DNA of 63,928 nt, counting the filler, from Calcarisporiella thermophila CBS 279.70 (Eukaryota; Fungi; Calcarisporiellomycota): NCBI RefSeq assembly GCF_041956535.1. It is 11 parts of 11 records of this genome, joined end to end, with 100 filler letters (N's around TTAATTAATTAA, not from the genome) between each part and the next. Parts side by side here need not be neighbours in the genome. Positions count along the whole stretch, not along the records: positions 1 to 4,481 come from NW_027192197.1; positions 4,582 to 7,695 come from NW_027192267.1; positions 7,796 to 10,473 come from NW_027192221.1; 8 more parts are not named here. The stretch is one strand, 5' to 3'. How positions within the stretch are numbered: the stretch's first letter is position 1; the number at the start of each line of letters is the position of its first letter. Below, in pieces: positions 1 to 10,473 of this stretch. The position numbers and the translations under genes are program-made. Under the pieces are notes generated by a model. The model saw nothing but the letters and a program-made list of their open reading frames with translations. It ran no database searches and was not told the DNA's origin.

Positions 1-531
1 CCGAACAGCGCTCAAAACTTTTGTTCTATCCTTTGAACTATAAGACTGGCTTAGATCAATCCCACACTCGGTCAATATATCTCGCAAAATCGTCTATATT
101 ATAATCTAATGATTTAGTCACCATCTTTCAGGAGGACATTCTACTTAATCTTACACGGTACATTCTAGCTTTTATCGGATCAATATTTAAAAATGTAGCT
201 ACATTTACATAACCTTTTTTAACTGCAAATCTTGGCTTCGCAATGCCACGTTCTCTACTTTTTCATTCTATTAATGAAACTGAAATTTAATATACGGTAT
301 ACACGAATATTTAGTGTCGCATACAACAAAAACATTGATACTGCAATTGAACTATAGATACAACTTAGGTTACTTAAACACGTGAGAAATCTTACCTGAA
401 CAATGCTCGACTCCTTAATAATGTCACTCTTTCTCTTTTGACTAATATATCGATTTCTATATTTTCACATTGAACCCTACGATTTTGGCATAAGTTTCTA
501 AGCAATTTCCTTAAGAAGACTTTTTGTAGGG

Positions 532-702
532 TTATATCGGTTTCACGTACATGCTATTCACGACAACTACAATACACGCATATCAATTGAACGCCTATCG
601 ATCAAGGACCTATATCTCGTTTGTTAAGTCCATTGACATTAACTTCATGTAATATATGGAAATTAAATAAAAAGTTTCCATTGATTGATCAAAAAAAAAA
701 AA
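532..702 (+). mobile_element. 5'-truncated tRNA-derived SINE (family S1) with poly(A) tail
   Basis: Near-identical to 31141-31248 and to the reverse complement of 30362-30530; ends ...aataaaaagtttccattgattgatc + poly(A). Confidence 0.8.
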
Positions 703-717
703 TTCAGTGTGTGTTCT

Positions 718-1336
718 GAGAGGTGTATTAACACCATCTCAGGCCCCCTAAACACTCATGTGCTGAACCCCAGGAATCTCTTACTTGGCGACCTACCAGA
801 AGCCCCGAGGACAGTAAGACACGCGGCTCAAATCGTCTTCGATTCAGTAATATGGCAAATCCATCGGGATCGCATTGCCTTCCATTTTGAAAACACTCGA
901 GCCTCATCCGAAACCATCATCAATCCGGCCAAGCTGGATATTGAGGAGGCTATAGGAACCGAACTAACAAGAGCCCGAATAAAGCGACAAATTGAACAAT
1001 TCCGAAGCAGGTGGTGTAAAATGGGCGCGGTGAAAGTAGGAGCTAATAGAGCGGCTCTAGAACTGGACTAACGCAGTAGCCCCCACTACCTGCCCTTTTT
1101 CTTTCTTCATACCTCTCTCTCCATATCACCTATCAAGCCGTTCCCTAATACCCACAGTTAGTTGAGCTTTTTATCTCTTCTACCCATTTGAGGAGAAAAT
1201 TTGTCATGGTCAACTTATTCCGAATTGCAATACCGCGCTATTAGCTAGCTCTTCTCTCATTTTATTAATTTTAAGAATGTAACGATTGTATTTTAGAGTC
1301 TTATCAAACAATAAAGACTCGCTTTTGATCAAAAAA
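718..1336 (+). mobile_element. 5'-truncated L1/Tx1-like LINE (ORF2 C-terminus, 3' UTR, A tail)
   Basis: Encodes the WQIHRDRIAFHFE tail shared with other copies; flanked by 15-bp direct repeat ttcagtgtgtgttct (703-717, 1343-1357). Confidence 0.85.
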
Positions 1337-1359
1337 CTTTTTTTCAGTGTGTGTTCTTC

Positions 1360-1746
1360 GATGCTATAGGAGCCGAACTAATAAGAGCCCGAAAAAAGCG
1401 ACAAATCGAACAATTTCGAAGCAGGTGGTGCAAATTGGGCGTGATTAAGAAAGGAGCTAATAGAGCGATTCTAGAACTGGATTGATACAGTAGCCCCTAC
1501 TTTCACTCCTTTTTTTTTCTCCTCTTCCACCTTCCATCTCACTTATCAAGTCACTATATGATATCCATAGCTAGTTGAGTTTTACTACTTACCTACCTAT
1601 CTGAGCTGAAAATCGTTATCAACTTACCCCAACTACAATACCGCCTCTATACTTAGCCGCTCTTTCATTTAATTACTTTCAATAATGTAACTATTGTCCA
1701 GTAGAGTCTTTGCATACAATAAAGACTCATTATTGATAAAAAAAAA
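1360..1746 (+). mobile_element. 5'-truncated LINE 3' end
   Basis: Paralogous to 950-1336 and 57056-57455; AATAAA then poly(A). Confidence 0.85.
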
Positions 1747-1764
1747 TTATTATGTATTCTTCGC

Positions 1765-2060
1765 ACGGTGTGGGTTCGAATCCCACTTCCCCACCAGCAC
1801 TACTATTATTTCGTGACCACTTTGATCAATATTGAGTCTCTATTACTGGAACGATCGCTCCTATGAAAATGTACACTGATTACATCGATTTCACTTACGT
1901 GCTATTCACAACCACATCAATACACGCCTTTCGATTACACGCATATCGATTGCACTCCTACCGATCAAAGACCCATATCTCGTAACATAAGTCCATTAAA
2001 ATTAACTTCATTTCATATATGGAAATTAAATAAAAGTTTCTTTGAATGATAAAAATAAAA
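1765..2060 (+). mobile_element. tRNA-derived SINE S1, lacking 5' half of head
   Basis: B-box ggttcgaatccc, then ccaccagcac; body homologous to reverse complement of 30362-30650; A-rich tail. Confidence 0.8.
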
Positions 2061-2082
2061 ATTCAATATGTGTTCTTCGACT

Positions 2083-2157
2083 TTTAGCGCTCCTCGGTGC
2101 CATCAAGATGGCGCGGGTTCGAATTCCGTAACCCGCACCAGCACAGAAAAAAAAAAA
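2083..2157 (+). mobile_element. short tRNA-derived retroposon (family S2), 5'-truncated
   Basis: gctcctcggtgccatcaagatggcgcgggttcgaattccgtaacccgcaccagcac + poly(A); homologous to 59714-59801. Confidence 0.7.
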
Positions 2158-2174
2158 GATGTGTGTATCCTCCA

Positions 2175-2555
2175 CTAATTCTATGTCTTGCTTGTCGTGT
2201 CTATATTCTCTATATACCGATTAGTATTATCTCTGTCTTTTCCAGCCTGATTCTCTACAATACCTCTCTCCATCCTGTCCTATCTGGCTCTTCCAGTAGT
2301 ATTGCCTCTGTCTTGTCATGCCTGGTCTTTCCATTGCTACTGTCTCTCATAACTGTCCCTCGCTTGCCGTACCTGTCGTGTCTGATTTTCTCTACTTCTC
2401 GCGTCTGATTACTCTACTATTACTATTTATTAATTGTTCTCTAACTTCTGCCATCAACTGGCTATAATCTGCACAAAGGCATATGACCTTTGATTCACCT
2501 TCAACGATTAACTTCATGAGGATACTTTTAAATAAAGATCCTCCTAACATAAAAA
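2175..2555 (+). mobile_element. 3' UTR-like retroelement tail
   Basis: Pyrimidine-rich body ending ggatacttttaaataaagatcct + A-rich tract; same end as the inserts at 8756-8830 and 8852-8923. Confidence 0.55.
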
Positions 2556-3329
2556 CGAGTTCTTCGACTCGGTACTACAGTAGATACATCGTGACAGAAT
2601 CGTTACATCCTACAAAAAGGTATATGATCTTTATTTCGTTTCCATCAACTGATGTCGATAGGGTACCTTACAATAAAGATCCATAGTTTTTTTTTAAAAA
2701 TAAATAGTGAGTTTTAGGAATTAAACTCGCATTCCTTGGACCCAGAAATAGATATGGCAAGCAGTAGTCAGTCATGTCTATTGGATTCTTTGAATTCTGG
2801 CCCACGCTGTTAAATGAAACTTCTTGTTCTAATCCCTCTCACTTATCATGAATTCGATGAACTATTTGCCTCTGTCTTCTTCTCATCTTGTATTTTAATG
2901 AAATCTTTATATGAAAAATATTCGTATTCCCTTGGCCAAGTAAATTAAAACTAGTACCATATTTGATATTGCTTCATTTATCTTCTTTAAATTACTTGAA
3001 TACACTTCTCATATTTTCACCCTTTATTATCCAATTACCAAAAGCTAACCTTTTTTCAGTGTTTTCTCGTTTTTTCTCCTTTTTTACTAATAGCACGGTT
3101 CAATAAGAGCACTTTTAGTTAAAAATTCTCTTTAAAAAACCCATATTCCTCTTTATTTACGAGTTTTATGATTTTGCCACGTCCACTATATTAACTTATA
3201 TATTTTTACCATTTCAACCTATAAATTTTCTTTTTATATTCCTTTTTTACTATTGTGTTCTATGTACACTATTAGGAATATTTTACGGAATAAAGGCTCA
3301 ACATTATCTGGGAAAAAACATTCTGTCTA

Positions 3330-3970
3330 AACCACAGGCATGACATATATCAACTGATGATAGAGCCAAAAAATCCATGAATTAGTAGCAAAAAACTCTA
3401 TCTAACACTCTAGTATACTTAAGAACAGTTATATAGCTCTCTAGAAGCAGAGGAGGCAATAAGAGATCCGCCTAAACTGCAACCCTACAATAACTTTCAT
3501 AAGGAAAACACAGAGGTGTTTAAACGATTGAAGTGAAGCCTCTGTAGTTGGTACGACATTTTTTTTGGTTCGCTACCAGGCTACAGCGCAACTTCCTACA
3601 TGGGATCCCGAAAATTTTCAAAAGATAATCTTCACAATATAAGACCATATCTGCTTTTAAACGGACCACTGGAAAGCAATGCTTTTATGTAATAGAGGGA
3701 TATCTTCTGCATGAATGTAATACCATATCAACAGTACAGCATGCAAAAGACCCGATCACCATGTTGGGCTGTATAACTTAACAAGGAGTTAGGCACATTT
3801 TGTACTATCGAAGAGAAATGAATGCTAAGATGTGCCACAAAATTTTGGTGGTGTCCTTAGAATTTTCGATTGGTATGAAATCGACAAAAATGGGATTCTC
3901 ATCCAACATGAATACTAGAACCTTGGAATGGCCTGCTCAGTCACTATAATAGAATCCAAAAGTGGGAGTG
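3330..3970 (+). pseudogene. degenerate Tc1/mariner transposase
   Basis: Broken frames give TVQHAKDPITMLGCIT*QGV...MNAKMCHKIL and LEWPAQS, matching Tc1 DDE-domain motifs. Confidence 0.65.
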
Positions 3971-4326
3971 TGCATTCGAAAGCATTGTTCCGTTGATGCT
4001 CCATCCGAGTCCTGTGTCATATTATCCTTTTTTCTTTAAGCCTTTTCTAGTTTTTCTCTATAGCTTAGTGTAGCTTATATTAAAAATATGGCAAATGTGA
4101 GATAACGCTCTAGAAGTAAGGAGATCTAATTCAATCTCATCCCTTTTAGATCATTTACTAAACCGTTTATCGTTTTTATATTAAACTATTTTCAGCTTTG
4201 AACGATTCACCTTTCCGGCTCAATTTTCAACTTGTCAATTGCTAAAGTTGCATATCTGAATTTCTATCCACCCTTTGACCTTTTTTTCTGGAACAAAAGA
4301 AAATGATAGATAATCTTTCAAAATGA

Positions 4327-4398
4327 TGGGACGTGAGAGACTCGAACTCCCAACCTTCCGCTCTGGAGGCGGACGCGCTACCATTGCGCCAACGCCCC
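4327..4398 (-). tRNA. tRNA-Trp(CCA)
   Basis: 72-nt cloverleaf; anticodon arm tccgc-ctCCAga-gcgga; T-loop ttcgagt. Confidence 0.93.
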
Positions 4399-4481
4399 AT
4401 TCGATGGCGTAATGTGTTGTGAGGAGAATTGACACAATATGGAATTATGGCGCAGTAGGAGGAAAGGAAGCTTGGTTTTGG

Positions 4482-4581
4482 NNNNNNNNNNNNNNNNNNN
4501 NNNNNNNNNNNNNNNNNNNNNNNNNTTAATTAATTAANNNNNNNNNNNNNNNNNNNNNNNNNNNNNNNNNNNNNNNNNNNN
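4482..4581. other. artificial contig linker (N-run/TTAATTAATTAA/N-run); same linker near 7696, 10474, 12723, 22155, 28817, 31035, 56710, 60101, 62688
   Basis: Same ~100-bp spacer with stop codons in all six frames occurs 10 times. Confidence 0.97.
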
Positions 4582-4587
4582 CAACAG

Positions 4588-4599
4588 TCCCCCTTTCTT
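4588..4599 (-). promoter_or_regulatory. polypurine tract of gypsy element, followed by TGTTG start of 3' LTR
   Basis: Minus strand reads aagaaaggggga-c-tgttg just after the pol stop. Confidence 0.75.
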
Positions 4600-4625
4600 A
4601 ATAAACTCGTCCTCGAGCTTATATA

Positions 4626-7600
4626 TCACCTCCCGTACTCGCTCTCACTCTCCTTTACCATCAATATTCTCCTTTCAGTATACGAACGCACTCTCTTGTT
4701 ATTTCTCGCGCTTCCTACTTCAGGAATCATATCATGGGCACGTGTATAAGGCAACAATCGGTCCCCGTTCACTGGCGTTTCCCTCAGTCTTCCGGTCTCG
4801 TCAACTAAGATATAGGCACCTTTATCTTTGACCTGAAAGACTCGAAACGGACCTTCCCACTTCGCGTCGAATTTATCGTGCCCTTCTATCGCCACTAATA
4901 CCTCTTCGCCCACTCTATATTTCCGTGGCGTTATGTTAGCGTCATATCGCAGCTTGCTTCGCCGTTGTCTCTTCTCGTGACGCTCTGCCGCTAGCCTTCT
5001 AGCTTCCGGTAAGGTTTCACTTATCCCCTGAATCCTCAAACGAAGCTCTTCCTCAAAATCTCCTTCTATTACTGCCCCACTAGCTGCTTGCCACGCTCTA
5101 GGCATAACTGCTTTTTGTCCTATTAGCAGCTCACAAGGCGTCATTTTGGTTGTTGACTGAACCATCGTGCGCATCGCCAACAATGCCTCTGGCAACCTCT
5201 CGTCCCATTCCTTATCACTCGCGATTTTTGCAATCGTTTGGGTAAGGGTTTGGTTAGTCCTTTCCACCATACCATTGCTCTGAGGTCTGTATGATGTTGT
5301 CGGTGCCGCACGAACTCCCAATCGCTCCAGATATATCTTCATGAGCTCGCTCGTAAAGTTGCTTCCTCGATCTGAAATTAATCTCATTGGGCACCCATAT
5401 CTTGACACAATCTCCTCGAAGACAAAGGAAATCGTTTCTTCCGTCGTTATTGCTGGTACCGCCTTGGCGAATGGGTACTTTGAGAGATAATCGATCGCCA
5501 CGAGAAGATACCGATTTTCGTTCCTCGTGGGCGGTAGCGGTCCCACTGCATCGATCCCTATTATCTCCAATACCCTATTAGTCCTCACTGGTCTCATCTC
5601 TTCTACCCTCATCTTATTCCTTCTTCTCTGGCAGCACTCGCAAGATCTCACAACCTCCTCCACCACCTCGTATAACTGAGGACCTTCATATCTCCCCTTT
5701 ACTCGTTCCCACGTCGCCCTCACTCCCTCATGCGCTTCCTCGTGTACAACTCGTACCGTTGACTTTGCATTCCCAGTGTGCAGTACCTCGATCGGTATAT
5801 CTGTTTCTTTTTTCAGATATAACTTTAACTCATTCCCAACCGCACGGTACCGCTGCGACCATCTCCTAATCTTCCTTCTCGTTGCTCTGTCGCAATCCCT
5901 GGGAAACGATAGCTCCGTCAAATACCTCCAGATCGCTACATACTTCGCCAAATCCATTCCCTGTCTCACTCTTCGCCTCTCTCTCCCCCTCCTCGAATTA
6001 GGCACGTCCCCGTTCCCACTCTTCTCACCATTCCTTCTCCTCTCTTCTTCCACCACATTAAGAACTCCCCGCACCCCGAAACATTCACCATCCACCACGT
6101 CAATAGGTAACCTCGACAATGCATCAGCCGGGTTGGCCTTACCCTTCCGATGCTTAACTTCAAAATCGTAATTTCCCAGCTCCATCGCCCAACGTGCTAC
6201 TCTCCCCGTCGGATTCGGCATGTTAAATATATACAGCAGGGATGAATGATCAGTTATCAACGTGAACTTGATTCCCGCCAGATAATGTCGGAAATGCTGT
6301 ATTCCCCATACAACCGCCAAACCCTCCAAGTGCGTAATCGAGTAGTTCTTCTCGCTCCCGTGTAGACTTCGACTCGCGTATGCAATTACGCGTTCATCTT
6401 TCGGTCTAGTACCCGTCACCACTTTGTCCGTTGTTTGAGAAAGGATTGCCCCGATACCCTCCTTTGAAGCATCTGTTGTAAGGATCGTATGCTTATTGTC
6501 GTCGAAGTAAGCCAAGATCGGAGGTGATGTCAAGGCTCCCTTAATTCTCTCAAAAGCTCCGTCGCATCCCTCATCCCAACAGTACTTCAACTTCACATCC
6601 TTCTTCATCAACCTCGTCAACGGTGCTGCAATCGTGGCGAACCCCTTCACGAAGCGCCGGTAATAACTAGCTAGTCCCAAAAATGAGCGCAATTCTGAAA
6701 TCGTCTTCGGTTTCGCCATGCCCAACACCTTTTCTGTCTTCCTCTCATCAACCGCCACCCCATCGGCTGACAATACATGACCCAAGTACTCCAACTGTTC
6801 CCTTGCGAAAAAGCATTTTGCTGGATTCAGCTTGATATTATGGTTGCTAAGTCGTCGGAATACTTCAGCCAAGTCCACCAGATGCTGCTCAAAGGTGGGT
6901 GAAAACACATTAATGTCGTCTACGAATACAACCGCGCATTTCCACAACAAATCACCAAGAGCTGCTTCCATGAGTCTCTGGAACGTCGCAGGGGCATTTG
7001 TCAACCCGAACGGCATTACCTGGAACTCATATACGCCGTGCTTGGTGGTGAATGCTGTTTTCTCACGATCACTGGCCTTCATCGCTACTTGCCAATACCC
7101 TGATGCTGCATCTAGAGACGAGAAAAACTTAGCACCGTGAGCGGCATCCAACAATTCTTCCACCCGAGGGAGAGGATAAGAATCCTTCTTAGTGATCTTG
7201 TTTAGCTTTTTATAATCCACGCATAACCTGATCTCGCCATTCTTCTTGGGCACCAACACTACCGGAGACGACCATGGTGAATGCGATGGTACAATTATAT
7301 CAGCCTCCCGTAACCGTTTGATCTCCTCCCTAAGAAACTCATGTTCCTTCCTGGTCGTGCGATAGGGCATCTGTTTGATTGGTCTCGCCCCACCCGTGTC
7401 TATCGAATGCTCCACCAGCGTCGTCTTCCCCAACTCTGATATATCCTTTGCAAACACTCCCCTGTTTTGCTCCAACACCTCCTTCAACTGAACTTCCTCA
7501 CTCCTCGTCAACTCTGCCCTTTTTCTTCCAATTATTGCCTTATCATCACCAAATCCCAGTTCCTCGAAATCATCTGGGGCCGCCAAATGGAGGCCGCCAT

Positions 7601-7691
7601 CTGATTTCCTTTCCTCCTCTTTTCCCATCTCTTGCTGGTTTCCCCTCTTCACCGTCTCATCCTCAGCCTCCACCGCTCTGCAAAAATACAT
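4626..7691 (-). mobile_element. Ty3/gypsy pol (RT, RNase H, integrase), 5' part missing
   Basis: 1021-aa open frame: RLCVDYKKLN, MPFGLTNAPATFQ, FVDD, TDAS, HHCC zinc finger, D-D-E integrase (IDAVG, SDRG, GMVER), KWEGPF. Confidence 0.96.
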
Positions 7692-8559
7692 GTTGNNNNN
7701 NNNNNNNNNNNNNNNNNNNNNNNNNNNNNNNNNNNNNNNTTAATTAATTAANNNNNNNNNNNNNNNNNNNNNNNNNNNNNNNNNNNNNNNNNNNNGAAGC
7801 AATTTTCCCGAGCTACCATGGATGGTAGAGGTGAACACGGAAAAGGAAAGATAGTGTCATTTCGATCCATGCGAGTGGCAAACATGAAAATGAAAAAAAA
7901 AGTGGTTGTGACGTTGAAGGAATTATGAGAGAGTAGAAAATCAACAGGGCTATACAGCAGAAGGAATAGAAAGTATATGTATATATCCGGTTCATGTATG
8001 TACAGTATGCGTTTATAGGAGGGAACTATAAATAAATAAATATAGAAAAAAAAAATAAAAGTAAAAGTAAAAATAACAGTAGACAAGATCGTGTAGAGGC
8101 TAAAAAATAAAAGACGGTGGAGCTAACTTTCGGTACACATCGTTTGTTTCTCACTTTTTCACGCCCTTCTTTTTTCGTCTTTCTCCTAACCCACCCTTAT
8201 GGGGATCTAGCAATGGTTGAGACCGGCAGTGAGAACCTGGTCGTTTCAATTTGAAGGGCCGACAGTTGGAAAGCACAAGCTCTTTCATGCGATTTTCTGC
8301 TAGAGTTTATTGCATGCTTAGAATGGGTACTTTAGGTTTAGGTTACGTCAAGTTAATGACTGGAATCGAATGTGTCACGGGGTGAGGGGGGAATTTTGGA
8401 ATACAAGGCTTTAACAAGTATTTCCATAGGGTTGAACAAAAATAGTGCTAAGCAAAAGCTTCTTTTATGGATCTCACTATCTTTTTTTGTCGTGAAACGC
8501 GCACTTGAGGATACAGTGGTTATGGATTTTGGCTATGTAGAATAAAAATAAAAATAAAA

Positions 8560-8678
8560 AGACTACGACACCTAGTATACCCACGTTGTCCCCAACCGCA
8601 GTACTGACTAGGCTTGTGGCGACTTAACTTCGGAGATCGGACGGGATCCGGTGCTTTCCACCAAAGATGGCCGTAACC
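8560..8678 (-). rRNA. 5S rRNA gene (variant copy)
   Basis: 119 nt: ggttacggccat...gatcccgtccgatctccgaagttaag...gtcagtact...; ends pair into helix I; followed by oligo(T). Confidence 0.9.
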
Positions 8679-8755
8679 TGGAGTGTAATTTCACCGGCCG
8701 CTTACCTATTCAAGCTGCTTTCCTCGGGCGTACACCGAGAAATCTAAAACCGAAG

Positions 8756-8923
8756 TATATCAATGTTCTTTATTAAGAACGAAAATGGATACTTTTAAAT
8801 AAAGATCCTTTTATTGCCAAAAAAAAAAAACCGAGAAATCTAAAACCGAAGTATATCAATGTCCTTTATTAAGAATGAAAATGGATGCTTTTAAATAAAG
8901 ATCCTCTTATTGCCAAAAAAAAA
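8756..8923 (+). repeat. two tandem short poly(A)-tailed retro-tails upstream of 5S gene
   Basis: Each preceded by ccgagaaatctaaaaccgaag (8735-8755, 8831-8851); the same site is empty at 9143-9163. Confidence 0.7.
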
Positions 8924-8967
8924 CCAAGTGCCAAAAACCTCGAAGCACCATGTTCGAAAATACAAAA

Positions 8968-9086
8968 GGGTTACCGCACCTAGTATTCCCGCGTTGTCCC
9001 CAACCGCAGTACTGACTAGGCTTGTAGTGACTTAACTTCGGAGATCAGACGGGATCCGGTGCTTTCCACCAAAGATGGCCGTAACC
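8968..9086 (-). rRNA. 5S rRNA gene
   Basis: 119 nt, near-identical to 8560-8678, with ~75 bp of shared upstream flank; oligo(T) terminator. Confidence 0.9.
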
Positions 9087-9306
9087 TGGAGTGTAATTTC
9101 ACCGGCCGCTTACTTATTCAAGCCGCTTTCCTCGGGCGTACACCGAGAAATCTAAAGCCGAAGAGAAAAATCAGAGACTGATATAAAACGGGTACGGTCC
9201 CTGATAAGAGCTTGCATACATAGCGTAGTCTTAAGACTTAATTGCCAGTGTGCTTGCGAACCAATTTTGCTTGCCTTTAAAAGCGAACCGTTGCCTTTCA
9301 TACGTA

Positions 9307-9756
9307 ATGAAACTAACACTCGCTTTAACTGCGCTAGCGCTTTGCCTGGTAAACCCCACGGATGCGTGGAGTGCGACCGTCCATGACAGCTGCACGGTTC
9401 TCCAGAACTCTCCGGTATGCCATTCGAACGTGGTAGTTGATTTCGAAGGTCCAGAAGGTACAAATTGCCGAGGATATTCGGGCGACTTTGCATGTTTTGG
9501 TAAGCGCGACATTTGTTGCGGTATCTACTGCTATACGTTCGAATGTACCGTAAAGAGGGAGAACCAAGGTTGGGGCTCAAAGGACGGACACTGGGCACAG
9601 GCTCCGCGCAGATGGAAGATCAGCGGTGACAGCAGGGCAGCACTGACGGGAGGACAACTACCAGAGGTGCCGACTAATGCAACTAGCAAAGGCAAATCCA
9701 AACGGCAAATTTGGGGTGTGTACCGACAGACCTGGAAGTACGACTACAATGATTGA
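9307..9756 (+). CDS. small secreted cysteine-rich protein (149 aa), function unknown
   Basis: Signal-peptide-like MKLTLALTALALCLVNPTDA; 8 Cys in the mature part; intronless, higher-GC ORF. Confidence 0.7.
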   Translation: MKLTLALTALALCLVNPTDAWSATVHDSCTVLQNSPVCHSNVVVDFEGPEGTNCRGYSGDFACFGKRDICCGIYCYTFECTVKRENQGWGSKDGHWAQAPRRWKISGDSRAALTGGQLPEVPTNATSKGKSKRQIWGVYRQTWKYDYND

Positions 9757-9984
9757 AGTAGCCGGAACACCGCAACGGGCCTGTAACAGGATTAACTCAG
9801 CTCATTATGTTACCGAGATAAAGTTAATATCCTTTACTATTTTTGATAGTTAGTCGTTTTATTGTGTTTATGAGATATATCTTAAGTTTAGTCATGTGAA
9901 AACCATATTGAGTTATTTGTGATTTCTTATTTATATACGAGTCCATTCGCTTATGGATCCTCACCGATCTTCTATTTTCATAAA

Positions 9985-10155
9985 GGTGAGGATACCCCTT
10001 TTTATTTATTATTAAACTGCCCTCGGAAGGTGATCGAATGTTTGTGTATTTTAAAATTGATTTTCCATTTCTCCCCCAAAAAGAATTGTAAAAAAAGGGC
10101 ATTACGTAGTGTCGATGACTTTATCTCTGCTTTACATGTTTCACTACATGGTTTC
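9985..10155 (+). repeat. dispersed non-coding repeat; inverted copy at ~13580-13740
   Basis: Direct similarity, e.g. aactgccctcggaa..gtgatcgaatg..ttttccatttctc..aagaattgtaaaa. Confidence 0.7.
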
Positions 10156-10473
10156 TGTAACAAGTACAATAACTAATATATGTTTAATTTATCGACAATC
10201 GATCTCGGATATTTTAACTTTACGTATAAAACCACTTGTAGAACTTAATTACGTCTTCACCGAATCTTTAACCGAATTTTTTACGAATTGACTTTACGTC
10301 TTTTTACGAACTTATTTTAGTGTAATAAACATTAGTATATGTCGAACCCTACTTGTGCTTATTACACGTGGTAGCGACGAAAGGTTTTCTTTATTTTACT
10401 TTTATCTTTTCGAACCGAACTCGAATCAAAATCGAATAATGGATAACAACAATAATTACGAAGAATCGATCAG
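10156..10473 (+). mobile_element. 5' end of LTR retrotransposon: LTR 10156-10366, PBS ~10369-10380, probable gag ATG 10439
   Basis: TGTAA...TTACA termini, then tggtagcgacga; a solo copy of the same LTR lies at 21058-21274. Confidence 0.8.

Noticed and set aside
703-2567. True CRISPR array
   Set aside because: Eukaryotic context, no cas genes, and spacers of 75-620 bp that are poly(A) retroelements; the repeats are best explained as TSDs.
5387-7747. Plus-strand ORFs inside gypsy pol, and similar ones inside LINEs and genes
   Set aside because: Antisense shadows with no recognisable motifs.
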